From assembly GCF_000018105.1 (NCBI RefSeq), contig NC_009926.1, forward strand, positions 90,001 through 122,000: 32,000 nucleotides of DNA, written 5' to 3'. The notes below the pieces were generated by a model. That model was not told where the DNA came from and did not search any database. It was given only the letters and a program-made list of their open reading frames with translations. Positions 1 to 8,619 of the stretch are shown one piece after another (the stretch's first letter is position 1; every line of letters starts with the position of its first letter). Position numbers and translations under genes: made by a program. Source of the stretch: Acaryochloris marina MBIC11017 (lineage in GTDB: Bacteria; Cyanobacteriota; Cyanobacteriia; Thermosynechococcales; Thermosynechococcaceae).

Positions 1-1
1 C

Positions 2-844
2 TACCAGGAGCAACTTCAGACCCCCGAAGACTTAGCAAATCTCTCTGGGAAAGAATTCACACGACTCCTGAAATATGCGGTTGAGTCTCAGGGGGTTGAT
101 CACCTTCGCAGTGAACTATTGACCCGGTTATACGCTGAGCAACTAGCCGTACAGGATCTCTACCTATTGCTCTTTCAGTCCAAAGAACTTGAGCTACATC
201 AGCAAGTGATTCAGTATCTGTCTAGCCATATCCATGATGCGGCGAGTGTGATCACCATTGCCTCCAATCGAGAAGGGAACTGGGAAGCATTTAAATATCT
301 AGAAGCGGAGAATAAACCACCATTCCATGTTTGGCTAGAGGTGAAAATTTCTGGAGACACTTTAACGACGATTCATCCCGCTACCCATTCCCGCAAACAA
401 CCCGCTCGTCATCACGCTTGTTTGATATGGATAGAAGCTTATCTCCAGACTAGCTTAGTCTCACCAGAGCAACGAGCACAGCCAGTACTACCTGAGCCGC
501 AGTTCAAGTCTGGTAATGAAGACATAAAACGAGTAACAGCACCCTTATCCAAATCAATGCATACGGCATTGGTGAAGCCCCTTAAGGAGGGGCAGAACTT
601 TGTCGGGATGCTGGTTGATGTTTGTCAAACCTTAAGATGGGAGACCCCTGTGTACACAATGGACAGCTCCGATGAATGGTTTATCTGCGAGTGTGAGTTA
701 TCGGTTTTAGGTCAGCAGCTTGAAGGGAGTGGGGTAGCAAAGAAGAAGAAATTGGCGAAGAGTATCGCCGCTAGAGAGATACTGGAGCAATTGAGAGAAC
801 GAGGTCAACAGCAATTGCAAGAGTGGCTGGAGAGAGCAACTTAA
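2..844 (+). CDS. Partial CDS (5' end outside window): protein with a double-stranded-RNA-binding-domain-like C-terminus
   Basis: The frame of listed ORF 119..844 stays open back to nt 2 with no stop, so the N-terminus lies upstream of the window. The last ~70 aa (NFVGMLVDVCQTLRWETPVY...WFICECELSV...GSGVAKKKKLAKSIAAREILEQL) fit the dsRBD signature, including G-x-G-x-x-KK-x-A-x-x-x-AA. The rest is unrecognised. Confidence 0.55.
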   Translation, partial: YQEQLQTPEDLANLSGKEFTRLLKYAVESQGVDHLRSELLTRLYAEQLAVQDLYLLLFQSKELELHQQVIQYLSSHIHDAASVITIASNREGNWEAFKYLEAENKPPFHVWLEVKISGDTLTTIHPATHSRKQPARHHACLIWIEAYLQTSLVSPEQRAQPVLPEPQFKSGNEDIKRVTAPLSKSMHTALVKPLKEGQNFVGMLVDVCQTLRWETPVYTMDSSDEWFICECELSVLGQQLEGSGVAKKKKLAKSIAAREILEQLRERGQQQLQEWLERAT

Positions 845-860
845 CCGCATAGAGAAAACT

Positions 861-894
861 CTCTCCCAGTCCATTCTTCCTGAGACTGGGAGAG
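861..894. terminator. Hairpin terminator shared by two convergent genes
   Basis: Perfect 11-bp inverted repeat CTCTCCCAGTC (861-871) / GACTGGGAGAG (884-894) with a 12-nt loop. On the minus strand the stem is followed by AGTTTTCTC, which fits an intrinsic terminator for the rbp gene. It also lies 17 nt after the plus-strand stop at 844. Confidence 0.6.
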
Positions 895-918
895 CCCATC
901 ATCGAATTTCAGATTGCG

Positions 919-1206
919 TTAAAAACGGTTTCGACCACTAAAGTTGTTATTACCTCTATTGTTCTCACGGGGTCTAGCCTTGTTCACTTTGAGTGTTCGC
1001 CCCATCCATTCAGCCCCTTCGAGTTCTTCAATAGCCTTGGATTCTTCGGCATCGTTGCCCAATTCAACAAAGGCAAATCCTCGCATTCTGCCAGTCTCGC
1101 GGTCTTTGGGAACATGAACGTTAGAGACGGCCCCATATTCAGCAAACACGGCCTGAATTTCATCTTGGGTAACGTCGTAAGAAAGGTTACCAACGTAAAT
1201 CGACAT
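919..1206 (-). CDS. RRM-type RNA-binding protein (cyanobacterial Rbp family, short C-terminal tail)
   Basis: MSIYVGNLSYDV (RNP2) and RGFAFVEL (RNP1) motifs are present. The 95-aa product ends RENNRGNNNFSGRNRF. I chose the internal ATG at 1206 (CAT at 1204-1206) because homologues start at MSIYVGNL; the ORF-track start at 1323 adds a non-homologous 39 aa. Confidence 0.9.
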   Translation of the reverse strand: MSIYVGNLSYDVTQDEIQAVFAEYGAVSNVHVPKDRETGRMRGFAFVELGNDAEESKAIEELEGAEWMGRTLKVNKARPRENNRGNNNFSGRNRF

Positions 1207-1410
1207 AAACAAATATCCAAAATCAATAAGGTGAGGAGATATAGATTTCGGTGCGCGGTCTTGGGAATTAAACTGGCGGATACCAAACAATTCTGAAAAC
1301 AAACGTAAAACCGATACTTGCATCTCAATTGCAATACTAACTGATCCCCAATTTTCCGTTTAGGTGAACTAATAAACTTTACAGATATTTAGGTTAGTAA
1401 AGATTAAAAT

Positions 1411-1485
1411 TTTATCCCCAGATTTTCCCCACATTTCCCACAATATTTCCCATGTTATCCACATCTGATGGGATGATTTCCACAG
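1411..1485. promoter_or_regulatory. Phased array of six TT(T/A)TCC(C)(C)AC(A)-like motifs in the divergent intergenic region
   Basis: The TCC cores start at 1415, 1426, 1436, 1448, 1458 and 1479, giving spacings of 11, 10, 12, 10 and 21 nt (about one helical turn). The array lies 205-280 nt upstream of the rbp ATG and ~310-380 nt upstream of the ATG at 1793. Confidence 0.4.
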
Positions 1486-1792
1486 GTCAATACTGTAGGG
1501 CTTGATGTTCAGCTATTTCTGTGGAATATTCTAGAAACTGAAGTCAGCTTATTCTATGATAGATATGGCTTTGAGGCCATTAAATGTATTTCAAAAATAG
1601 ATTGACATTCTCGTAGGTTGGTAGCAAGATATAACTCCCAGCGATAAGGCTTGCACTCAACTTAACAAGCTGAAGGGCGGAGGAGTTTTACCACCAGCTT
1701 GGTTAGCTCATGAGGGCAACATTTGTTGTGCTTAGTTTTTGAAATAAAAACCATCGTTGATAACCCTACTATTTGAGAAGAGTAACCACTTC

Positions 1793-2005
1793 ATGTCCAC
1801 TACGATTAGCATATTGGCCGATATCCCTGAAGAGCTACATGATGCCTTGCGAGGTTATTTAGACACCCATCCTGATTGGGATCAGAGTCGGGTTCTTTCA
1901 GCGGCGCTGTCGTTATTCTTGATGCAGAATGGCACAACAGATCGCCGTACAACTCGTGTGTATTTAGATAGTCTCTTTAGAAGAGAACTACCCACTGCCT
2001 GCTAA
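1793..2005 (+). CDS. Small conserved cyanobacterial protein (DUF2811-like)
   Basis: LADIPEELHDALRGYLDTHPDWDQSRVLSAALSLFLMQNG matches my memory of the cyanobacteria-restricted DUF2811 family. I preferred ATG 1793 (MSTTISIL) over the TTG-type track start at 1757. Confidence 0.55.
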   Translation: MSTTISILADIPEELHDALRGYLDTHPDWDQSRVLSAALSLFLMQNGTTDRRTTRVYLDSLFRRELPTAC

Positions 2006-2144
2006 TGACCAATCTCCAGCCCTCTTTCAATCTGTCCGTTCGACTTCAAAGCCAATAAATAACGATCGCAATAGCCAGTTTCATTTGCGAAAAACCTTCA
2101 CTTGATTGCTAAAGGCCATAGCAGCTTGAATCGAATCACAATTA

Positions 2145-2555
2145 GTGGTGACTAATTCTTCACTAAAAAATGGAAACTATGTCTTGGAAGAACAGGTTTT
2201 ATACCGGATAGTTACAATTTTGTCCTTTTTTATCATTGCCACTTTATTCCTCAACCGCAGTGATGCCTTCCCCGTCAATTTACCCCGGGCAAAGACAGTA
2301 AAACCTCAGCTATTGCCCAAGGTAACGGTCACGATTGATGTGCAGGGGGATTCAGCCCTCAATCGAGAACCCATTCAGCTCAATTCTCTTGAAGCATAAG
2401 TGAAGGAGCTAACTGATTCAGCTGACAAGGTTGTGGTGGTGATTCATGCAGATGACCAAGTAAGGCATGGCCGCGTCGTGACGGTGATGGATCGCATTCG
2501 CGTAATTGAAGGCGCGAAATTAGCCATGCAAGTGTCTCAGGTCCTAGTTCGGTGA
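2145..2555 (+). pseudogene. exbD: ExbD/TolR-family biopolymer transport protein interrupted by an in-frame TAA
   Basis: LSFFIIATLFLNRSDAFPVNLPRA...KVTVTIDVQGDSALNREPIQLNSLEA is followed by TAA at 2397-2399. The same frame then continues for 51 codons (VKELTDSADKVVVVIHADDQVRHGRVVTVMDRIRVIEGAKLAM...) to TGA at 2553-2555, which is the conserved ExbD C-terminal block. The segment before the TM helix looks ~5 aa short and lacks the conserved membrane Asp. There is no exbB neighbour. Confidence 0.6.
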
Positions 2556-2592
2556 TATTACTCAGGGCACCTAGCTACGCTTTTTATAGATT

Positions 2593-2853
2593 ATGGAAAC
2601 ATCAAATAACCCTATTTCCAGATGTTCCCATATATCGATGAGCTCCCCATCCCAGCAACAATTGATTCATTACCTTCAAACCGATTTAGGGGTTTCTGAA
2701 AAAGCGATTGATCTTGCTTTGCGTCTTCAACAGCCTTTACAGGGGTCGCTTCATATCCTCCTATGGCAGTATGGCTTGATCAACATCGAACAGCTTGGCA
2801 AAGCTATTGAGTGGTTGATGACTGAAAGAGGGGAGACTACAAGCAAGGAATGA
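2593..2853 (+). CDS. Small conserved cyanobacterial protein (DUF2949-like)
   Basis: LIHYLQTDLGVSEKAIDLALRL...LHILLWQYGLINIEQLGKAIEWL resembles the cyanobacterial DUF2949 pattern (from memory). An alternative start is ATG 2638 (MSSPSQQQL). Confidence 0.5.
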   Translation: METSNNPISRCSHISMSSPSQQQLIHYLQTDLGVSEKAIDLALRLQQPLQGSLHILLWQYGLINIEQLGKAIEWLMTERGETTSKE

Positions 2854-3490
2854 TACTCTGACTGATGCCTTGGAGGGGCACCGTTAGACTGTTGGCGATG
2901 CTACTTCTGGTGAAATTTTCCTTGCTACTCTCACTGATGTTGAGAGAAAGCGTAAATATTTCACAGCAATTTTCAACTCTCTTGCCAATCATTGATCAGT
3001 CAATACCTGAAGCTGCGAGAATATTCCTTAGATCAGGTATTCAGAACTGATATTCCCATAAATTTTTAGTATATCACGGCAAAAACTTTAGTATTTTTAG
3101 ACTTCCAACAAAATTCGCCTCATAATCTGAGGCATCGCAAGGTAAGCCCCACCAGCTCAAAGCTGAACATCAGAAAAGTTTGTCTGATTCGGCAAATTAT
3201 TTCTCCTCAAAACCACGGACGTTTCGGCAAATTTATATTTTGTTTGGAAATTATATTGAGTAATTTCCCTGTCGTCAGGGAGATGGGATAAAAGCCACGA
3301 TCAAGGGTGTGCAGTAGGGTACCCCTGTTTTTCCCAATATCTTCAGTTGGCGGAATGTCCAAGTGTCTCATTATCAATAATTCCCACTTGAGAGGGTTAG
3401 TGAAACACCTGACCATTTTTGAAAAGAACGGTCTTTACCCAAACACATACAGCTTGGTCGAGCTGGGTCAACTAATCAGGAGAATACATC

Positions 3491-4957
3491 ATGAGTAATC
3501 CATTCGCTCAGCTGCTGGCCCAGCAGTTACACACTCTTGTCAAAATAAGAAATTGCTCATCGCATCAGGAGAAGGGGTTCGCACTCCCTCTCGCCATGGG
3601 GTTAGGCTTCGTTATGATCTTGCTGGGGATGTCCTCCATGATTATGGCGCAGAGTGATCGGATCACTGCTTGGAATCGTAAAGAATCTGGTGCAAGTTTA
3701 GCCGTATCAGAAGGAGGAATGGCTCGCACCCTGGCCCAACTCACTCAAACGGATAACCGGATCTTATTGACTCGAAACTATGACACCATCAATCCCAAGA
3801 CTGGAACCACCTATCTAGGGCCTGATGGCATTCTCAATTCTGGGGACGAAGAGCCTGCCACAGTGGATGAATGGACAGGGTATACGGGCAGCAGCTCAAC
3901 GCCCTGTGATGCAACTGCAAAGACAATAACCCCAAATGTCACTTTTTCAGGAGCGATGAGCTCAGGGGGCCAATTTCAGCTCAAAGCCTATCGATATAAT
4001 CCCACGGATCAAACCGGGACACTCCTCGTTGAGGGTCAACATGGAGAGAGAATATCCCATATTCTCTCTACCTTGGTCATCCAGTCAGAGATTGAGAATT
4101 TCCCAGGGGTTCTGGCCATGCAGGGAGCCGTTATTCGAGGACGTACTCTTATTGGTCAACATGCCAATCTTTACTACGATCCCGCCTGGTCCGCGGACAC
4201 CAGCTTAACGGATAAGTCAGCACCGAGTGATAGCGACCGTGCGAGCTATCTCAATGCGGTTTACTCAACAGCGCAAGATGGTCCAGGTAATGATTTGATT
4301 GCTGGCAACATTGTGGGATGCCAGATTACCCAAACACTGTCGGTGGATTTACCCACAACGGTGACGAGTTTAGGTGAAGTTAAGAGTAGCACCACTCTTA
4401 CTGCAGCCAACAGCCCCTACCATATCGAAGAACTGGAACTGGATGGTACCGATGTCGTTACCGTGGACACGACAGATGGTCCTGTCTACCTGTATGTCAC
4501 TGACTCCTTTGAATTACGAGGCAATGCTCAACTGAGAAATATCCGCACGGATGGCGAATCTCCACGAGTGGGTGATTTGAGGATTATTGTTCATGATGCA
4601 GACGATGGAACACCTCCCATCGAACTGTACGATCAATCCTGCATTGACACCGCTTTTGTCTATAACAAGATTAACGACCTCCAGCTACAAGGTTCAGGCG
4701 ATGGCTGTCCCAGCAGTGGCAATACTAACTTTGATGGGGTGGCATGGGTCGAAGATGTCATCAGTTCCATCAACATAAATCCCCATACCCGAATCGTGCC
4801 TGCTGAGGATGATGACATCATCACGACGAATGGCAGTACATCCGGCATTCGGGTGCCCAACGATGTGTCCAGTCTGGCTGATGTCGTGAGTGGTATTGGT
4901 ATCACTCCGACGAATAAATTTGGCTATGTCAAAAGTTGGCAACGGGTGAGGTTTTAG
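3491..4957 (+). CDS. Large PilX_N-type pilus-associated protein, first gene of the minor-pilin cluster
   Basis: The N-terminal EKGFALPLAMGLGFVMILLGMSSMIMAQ hydrophobic segment resembles PilX N-terminal domains. AGGAGA at 3478-3483 lies 7 nt before the ATG. The stop (4955-4957) is 2 nt before the ATG of the next prepilin-type gene. The remainder is a Thr/Ser/Asp/Gly-rich extracellular-looking region that I do not recognise. Confidence 0.6.
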   Translation: MSNPFAQLLAQQLHTLVKIRNCSSHQEKGFALPLAMGLGFVMILLGMSSMIMAQSDRITAWNRKESGASLAVSEGGMARTLAQLTQTDNRILLTRNYDTINPKTGTTYLGPDGILNSGDEEPATVDEWTGYTGSSSTPCDATAKTITPNVTFSGAMSSGGQFQLKAYRYNPTDQTGTLLVEGQHGERISHILSTLVIQSEIENFPGVLAMQGAVIRGRTLIGQHANLYYDPAWSADTSLTDKSAPSDSDRASYLNAVYSTAQDGPGNDLIAGNIVGCQITQTLSVDLPTTVTSLGEVKSSTTLTAANSPYHIEELELDGTDVVTVDTTDGPVYLYVTDSFELRGNAQLRNIRTDGESPRVGDLRIIVHDADDGTPPIELYDQSCIDTAFVYNKINDLQLQGSGDGCPSSGNTNFDGVAWVEDVISSININPHTRIVPAEDDDIITTNGSTSGIRVPNDVSSLADVVSGIGITPTNKFGYVKSWQRVRF

Positions 4958-4959
4958 TC

Positions 4960-5526
4960 ATGCATCTCAATCGGTGGTTGTGGTTGTACTTGAAGCGACC
5001 GAAAGCATCTTCAGGGGTTGATTCTTTAAAATCACTCTCTGCGAAGAGTGGAGGGTTTACCTTAATCGAGGTGTTGGTGGCGATGATTGTTGCTGCTGTG
5101 TTTGTCTCCATGACCATGCAGGCCATGGTAACTTCAGCAGCCTTTCGGGTGGTTGCTACACAATACGACGAGGCCGTGAGTTGGATTCAGGAAGATTTAG
5201 AAACCGTTGTCAATCAAGCGGCACAATATGAGATTACGACGCAACCCTACTCCTCTCGGTGTCTAGCCACCCTCAGTAGTGATGGGTTTGCATCCGGATT
5301 TCTCAATGACTCAGCTACGGGATTAGGGGGAGCTTCCACAACCATTGGCCCTAGAACACTGGGTGGGAAATACTATACCCTCACTCGTACTGCTAACTAT
5401 GCAAGTTCTTCTGACCCCTATCGGTTGTTAAATGTCACCTATCAAGTGACGGAACAAGGGGATAGTAAACCGATTGCCACGGTAGATACTGAGGTCATTC
5501 CCCATGCCGTATTCAAATGTCCCTAA
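4960..5526 (+). CDS. Prepilin-type N-terminal cleavage/methylation domain protein (PilV-like minor pilin)
   Basis: GGFTLIEVLVAMIVAAVFVSMTMQAM carries the G|FTLIE motif with Glu+5 and a hydrophobic helix. I chose ATG 4960, directly after the upstream TAG (4955-4957) and with GGTGAG upstream. The leader is unusually long (~32 aa), so the true start is uncertain. Confidence 0.8.
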   Translation: MHLNRWLWLYLKRPKASSGVDSLKSLSAKSGGFTLIEVLVAMIVAAVFVSMTMQAMVTSAAFRVVATQYDEAVSWIQEDLETVVNQAAQYEITTQPYSSRCLATLSSDGFASGFLNDSATGLGGASTTIGPRTLGGKYYTLTRTANYASSSDPYRLLNVTYQVTEQGDSKPIATVDTEVIPHAVFKCP

Positions 5527-6084
5527 CTCCCAGGTGATGTTTTCTGAATTGCTGTCCCTTCACCAAAGCTTGATGTCTAATTCCAGATATATCGACAACA
5601 GCCTGCGATTATTCCATGAATTTAGGGTCTCTTGGTCAACAACGACTTCAGTGTAAGTATGCATATTTATCGGATATCTATTTTCCTCTTTTGGTGGAAA
5701 TTCAGTACTATTCCTGTCGCCAAAGACTTATAGGCAAAGCCAGAATTAGGGGAGAGCGTTCAAATAAACTAATTGGTTTGGTCAATATTGTTGATTTGAA
5801 TTAACCACCCAGTGAAATTTTTTATACCCATTAAAGATTTGTAATTCCTGGTTCTAGCTCATTCTCTCGCTAGAGAAGAACCTCCAATAGGCACTGCTAA
5901 GAATTGCGTGGGTAATTGCTTCGCCCCTACCGAAGCAACTTCATGCGCCTTAGTTCTGAAATTTTCGGTTGAGAATTTCTTTGCCAAATTCCTTGAGTAA
6001 TGCTGAGTTGCCATCAATTTAGTAACGCTTCATCGCTCTCAGGGCCTCTTTCGAGCCCTGTTTATATTGCTGCTGTGATGTTCC

Positions 6085-6951
6085 ATGTTCCATTTCAATG
6101 CTCTCATTCCTCTAAGATCTTCTCCTTCAAATGCGGGATTTACCCTCCCAGAAAAGATGGTGATTTGCTGCATTATCGGTATTGCTGCCGCTGCCTCTGC
6201 GCCCAGCCTAATGGCTTCCATGAATCGGGCCAAGGTGAAACAGACGATGACGGAGGTTCAGTCTGCTCTGAATGAAACCCAACGAGAAGCCATCAAGGGT
6301 AACAAAATTTGTACCCTTACTCTCAACTTTGTAGAAGAGAAGATTACTGGTCCTTGCCTCAAATCGGGGGATCGGACGTTGGATGCTGATGTGGCCATCG
6401 CCACAAACCTGACAGATCCAAGTTCCAGTGAGACCCCGGATGAAGGGCAACCTGTTCTGATCGGTTCAGATGTGCAACCCTCACTGGGGCTGAGCGATGG
6501 TGAGACTGTTTCACAGATTGCCTTAGCTCCCGTTTCAGAAGATGAAGCCAATATTTCCAAAGCAGGGGTGATGGTTCAGGTTATCGCTAAATGTAAAGGC
6601 AATACTGAAAAAGGATTAGGGTTAGGAACCTGTAAAAACAAAAACAATAGCAATCCAGAGAATGGAAGCAATGAGCCGCCTTCAACCCCAGGGACATTGA
6701 CGAGTATCCCCATCAAATATGGGGTGTTAGGTAATCCTGAATTTGCTATTGTCAGTGCTCAACAAACGCCAACGGACCCCACCGGCAAAATTGTCTTCTA
6801 CAACCCACAAGATTCCCAAGTGACGAAACGCTGTATTGCTATTTCAAACACCCTTGGACTGACCCGGATTGGTACTTATCAGGGAGACATCAAACCGACC
6901 GCCATCACTGACTCCGGTCGATGCACTGCGGAGAACTGGGAAGAGCAATAA
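6085..6951 (+). CDS. GspH/FimT-like pseudopilin with a degenerate prepilin motif and a low-complexity linker
   Basis: AGFTLPEKMVICCIIGIAAAASAPSL keeps G|FTLPE with Glu+5, but the helix carries Lys and Cys-Cys. The following NRAKVKQTMTEVQSALNETQREAIKGNKICTL resembles GspH/FimT N-domains. The central region is rich in S/P/E/N/G. Confidence 0.6.
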   Translation: MFHFNALIPLRSSPSNAGFTLPEKMVICCIIGIAAAASAPSLMASMNRAKVKQTMTEVQSALNETQREAIKGNKICTLTLNFVEEKITGPCLKSGDRTLDADVAIATNLTDPSSSETPDEGQPVLIGSDVQPSLGLSDGETVSQIALAPVSEDEANISKAGVMVQVIAKCKGNTEKGLGLGTCKNKNNSNPENGSNEPPSTPGTLTSIPIKYGVLGNPEFAIVSAQQTPTDPTGKIVFYNPQDSQVTKRCIAISNTLGLTRIGTYQGDIKPTAITDSGRCTAENWEEQ

Positions 6952-6959
6952 GACTTCAA

Positions 6960-8006
6960 ATGGGGGGACATGGTTTGAATCAGCAATGGCTAGATACGAA
7001 TTCCAAGGCTATCAAGGGCTATACCCTGGTGGAACTTTTAGTGGCCACTATCATCACAAGTCTCGTCATTAGTATGGCTGGTTTTGGACTCGTTTCAGCG
7101 ACCCAAGCCAACAAGCGGACGGAAGCGATTGCAGCCAGACGGCATGACTTGAGTCGAGCCTTTGATTTCATTAGCAATGAAATTAGGATGGCGAATCGGA
7201 TTAATCAATCCCAAACGATGCAGGCAACGAACACTTCATCCTTTTCTACCCTTTTATCGAGTGCAGGTTTGAATACCTCAGACTGGGGAAACCCCGTCCT
7301 TTATTTAGAAATTCCCATCACCGCCCAAATTCCAGAGGTTTGCCCTGCGGGTGGCCCTAATGCTGGCTCTCCACCTCCCCAACCTGCGACATATGATCGG
7401 GTGGTTTACGATATCCGTCCGAGTACCCAAGATTGGTTAGCCCCCAATTCGATATACAGATATGGTCGAATTCCTAGAAGTGATGGCAGTATCGACCCCT
7501 GTAGTGATCCCGTTGCGAGTGATACCTTAGTGGATGCGATCGCAACGAACGTTGATACAACACCTGCCTGCCCGACCCCTGGGGTACTCATGGGAACAGG
7601 AGGGTTTCAAGCATGTGTCAATGGTAACCAGGTGGATTTATTCATGCGCAGCCAAATCTCTGAGGTAGAGATTCACCGTTTGAGCAGTACTGCCACTTCC
7701 CGCTCAGGGAATAGCCAGCCTATCCCCGTACTTACTGCCGTTCAGCAACCAGGAACCAATAAAGTTGATTTGAACTGGCAATGGCCTGGTTCCACAAAGG
7801 GGGTCACCTTTGAAGTCAATCAAGACAATACAACCACCGGCATAACAACTAAAATCAAAACGGGTTCAGATAGTAGTCAATCATTTGAGATGCAAAACTC
7901 TCCCGGAGATCAGCATTGTTATTCAGTCACTGCAAAATTGGGTCAGATTACCAGCCCGGAGAGCAACAAAGCCTGCTTTACTCAGATTGCAAATCCCATC
8001 AATTAG
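6960..8006 (+). CDS. Prepilin-type protein (PilW-like) with an FN3-like C-terminal domain
   Basis: KGYTLVELLVATIITSLVISMAGFGL is the prepilin motif. ATG 6960 lies 8 nt after the upstream stop (6949-6951). The C-terminal ~90 aa (PVLTAVQQPGTNKVDLNWQWPGSTKGVTFEVNQ...DQHCYSVTAKLGQITSPES) have the FN3 beta-sandwich pattern. Confidence 0.75.
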   Translation: MGGHGLNQQWLDTNSKAIKGYTLVELLVATIITSLVISMAGFGLVSATQANKRTEAIAARRHDLSRAFDFISNEIRMANRINQSQTMQATNTSSFSTLLSSAGLNTSDWGNPVLYLEIPITAQIPEVCPAGGPNAGSPPPQPATYDRVVYDIRPSTQDWLAPNSIYRYGRIPRSDGSIDPCSDPVASDTLVDAIATNVDTTPACPTPGVLMGTGGFQACVNGNQVDLFMRSQISEVEIHRLSSTATSRSGNSQPIPVLTAVQQPGTNKVDLNWQWPGSTKGVTFEVNQDNTTTGITTKIKTGSDSSQSFEMQNSPGDQHCYSVTAKLGQITSPESNKACFTQIANPIN

Positions 8007-8262
8007 GCTGAACAGTCAGCGATAGATCATCATTTGTCGCTTTTCTGAATCCATCTGCACGAATTCATATAATCTCAAAATATTGTTTTGAATTTCACAA
8101 TTTAGAATTTTTCTGAATGAATTCAATAGAAAAGCAAGCTGATTTCAGCGTTCTTACTGAGTGTTTTTCTTCCTATTCTGCTTACCCTATACATATCTGG
8201 GAGCAACAATATTCGATTGTGACTCTCCATTTCAATTGAGTCACCAATTCTAAGACCTGATC

Positions 8263-8619
8263 ATGTTCGCTGACGATATCACCGATTATTATTTTGAACA
8301 TTCTCAGCCCACACTAACAGCCTCTAACACGGTATCGCTTAATGTGCCGATCATTGAATTCTGGCGCTGCTACGATATCAGCAATAATGTGATAATTCGT
8401 GGACAAATCTTTAACCACCCCAAGTACCCAGCAGGGAAATCGCTAAAATCTTCACCCATTCAAGGATGCTTGACCAAAGCAGGTCGAGTCTATGTGACCA
8501 CGAAGAATTCTATGTATGAACTGGGTACTCCGCATCCTAAATCTGCAGGGGATGCTCTAAATTGGCCAAACCACACGGACCATCAACCCCTGGAGAAACT
8601 CACTTACTGGGGAGAGTAG
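8263..8619 (+). CDS. Unrecognised small protein, paralogue A of a local three-member family
   Basis: It shares W..(D/R)...I.G.(I/L)(F/L).HP.YP.GK.(L/M).(S/T)S.(I/V)......G.VY(V/I).T.NS.YELG.P with 9082..9399 and 9449..9730. Conservation across three diverged copies supports coding. Confidence 0.6.
   Translation: MFADDITDYYFEHSQPTLTASNTVSLNVPIIEFWRCYDISNNVIIRGQIFNHPKYPAGKSLKSSPIQGCLTKAGRVYVTTKNSMYELGTPHPKSAGDALNWPNHTDHQPLEKLTYWGE

Noticed and set aside
984-1334. ORFs 984..1334 (-) and 1114..1296 (+) overlapping the rbp gene
   Set aside because: They are alternative-frame or antisense shadows of a gene with unmistakable RRM motifs, and they have no motif of their own.
1611-1645. TTGACA at 1611-1616 as a promoter for the DUF2811-like gene
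   Set aside because: The nearest -10-like hexamers (ATATAA/TATAAC) are 21-22 nt away, outside the normal 16-18 nt spacing.
2865-3050. 61-aa ORF with a hydrophobic N-terminus
   Set aside because: It has no RBS, no recognisable motif and a low-complexity Leu-rich sequence, so I cannot support it as a gene.
3399-3414. CRP-like half match AGTGAAACACCTGACC ~80 nt upstream of the pilus cluster
   Set aside because: Only 7 of 10 consensus positions match, which is too weak to call without a scoring matrix.
3207-3498. ORFs 3207..3416 (-) and 3307..3498 (+) upstream of the pilus cluster
   Set aside because: They overlap each other and the likely promoter/RBS region of the 3491 gene. They have no motifs. 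The region does contain a direct repeat TTCGGCAAATT (3187/3223) and small hairpins, but nothing I can interpret.
4587-5126. ORFs 4587..4778 (+), 4660..4905 (-), 4694..4942 (-) and 4929..5126 (-) inside the pilus genes
   Set aside because: They are nested in or antisense to longer ORFs with recognisable pilin features, so they are typical shadow ORFs. The same applies to 6000..6275, 6039..6233, 6208..6450, 6258..6560, 6869..7072 and 7406..7591.
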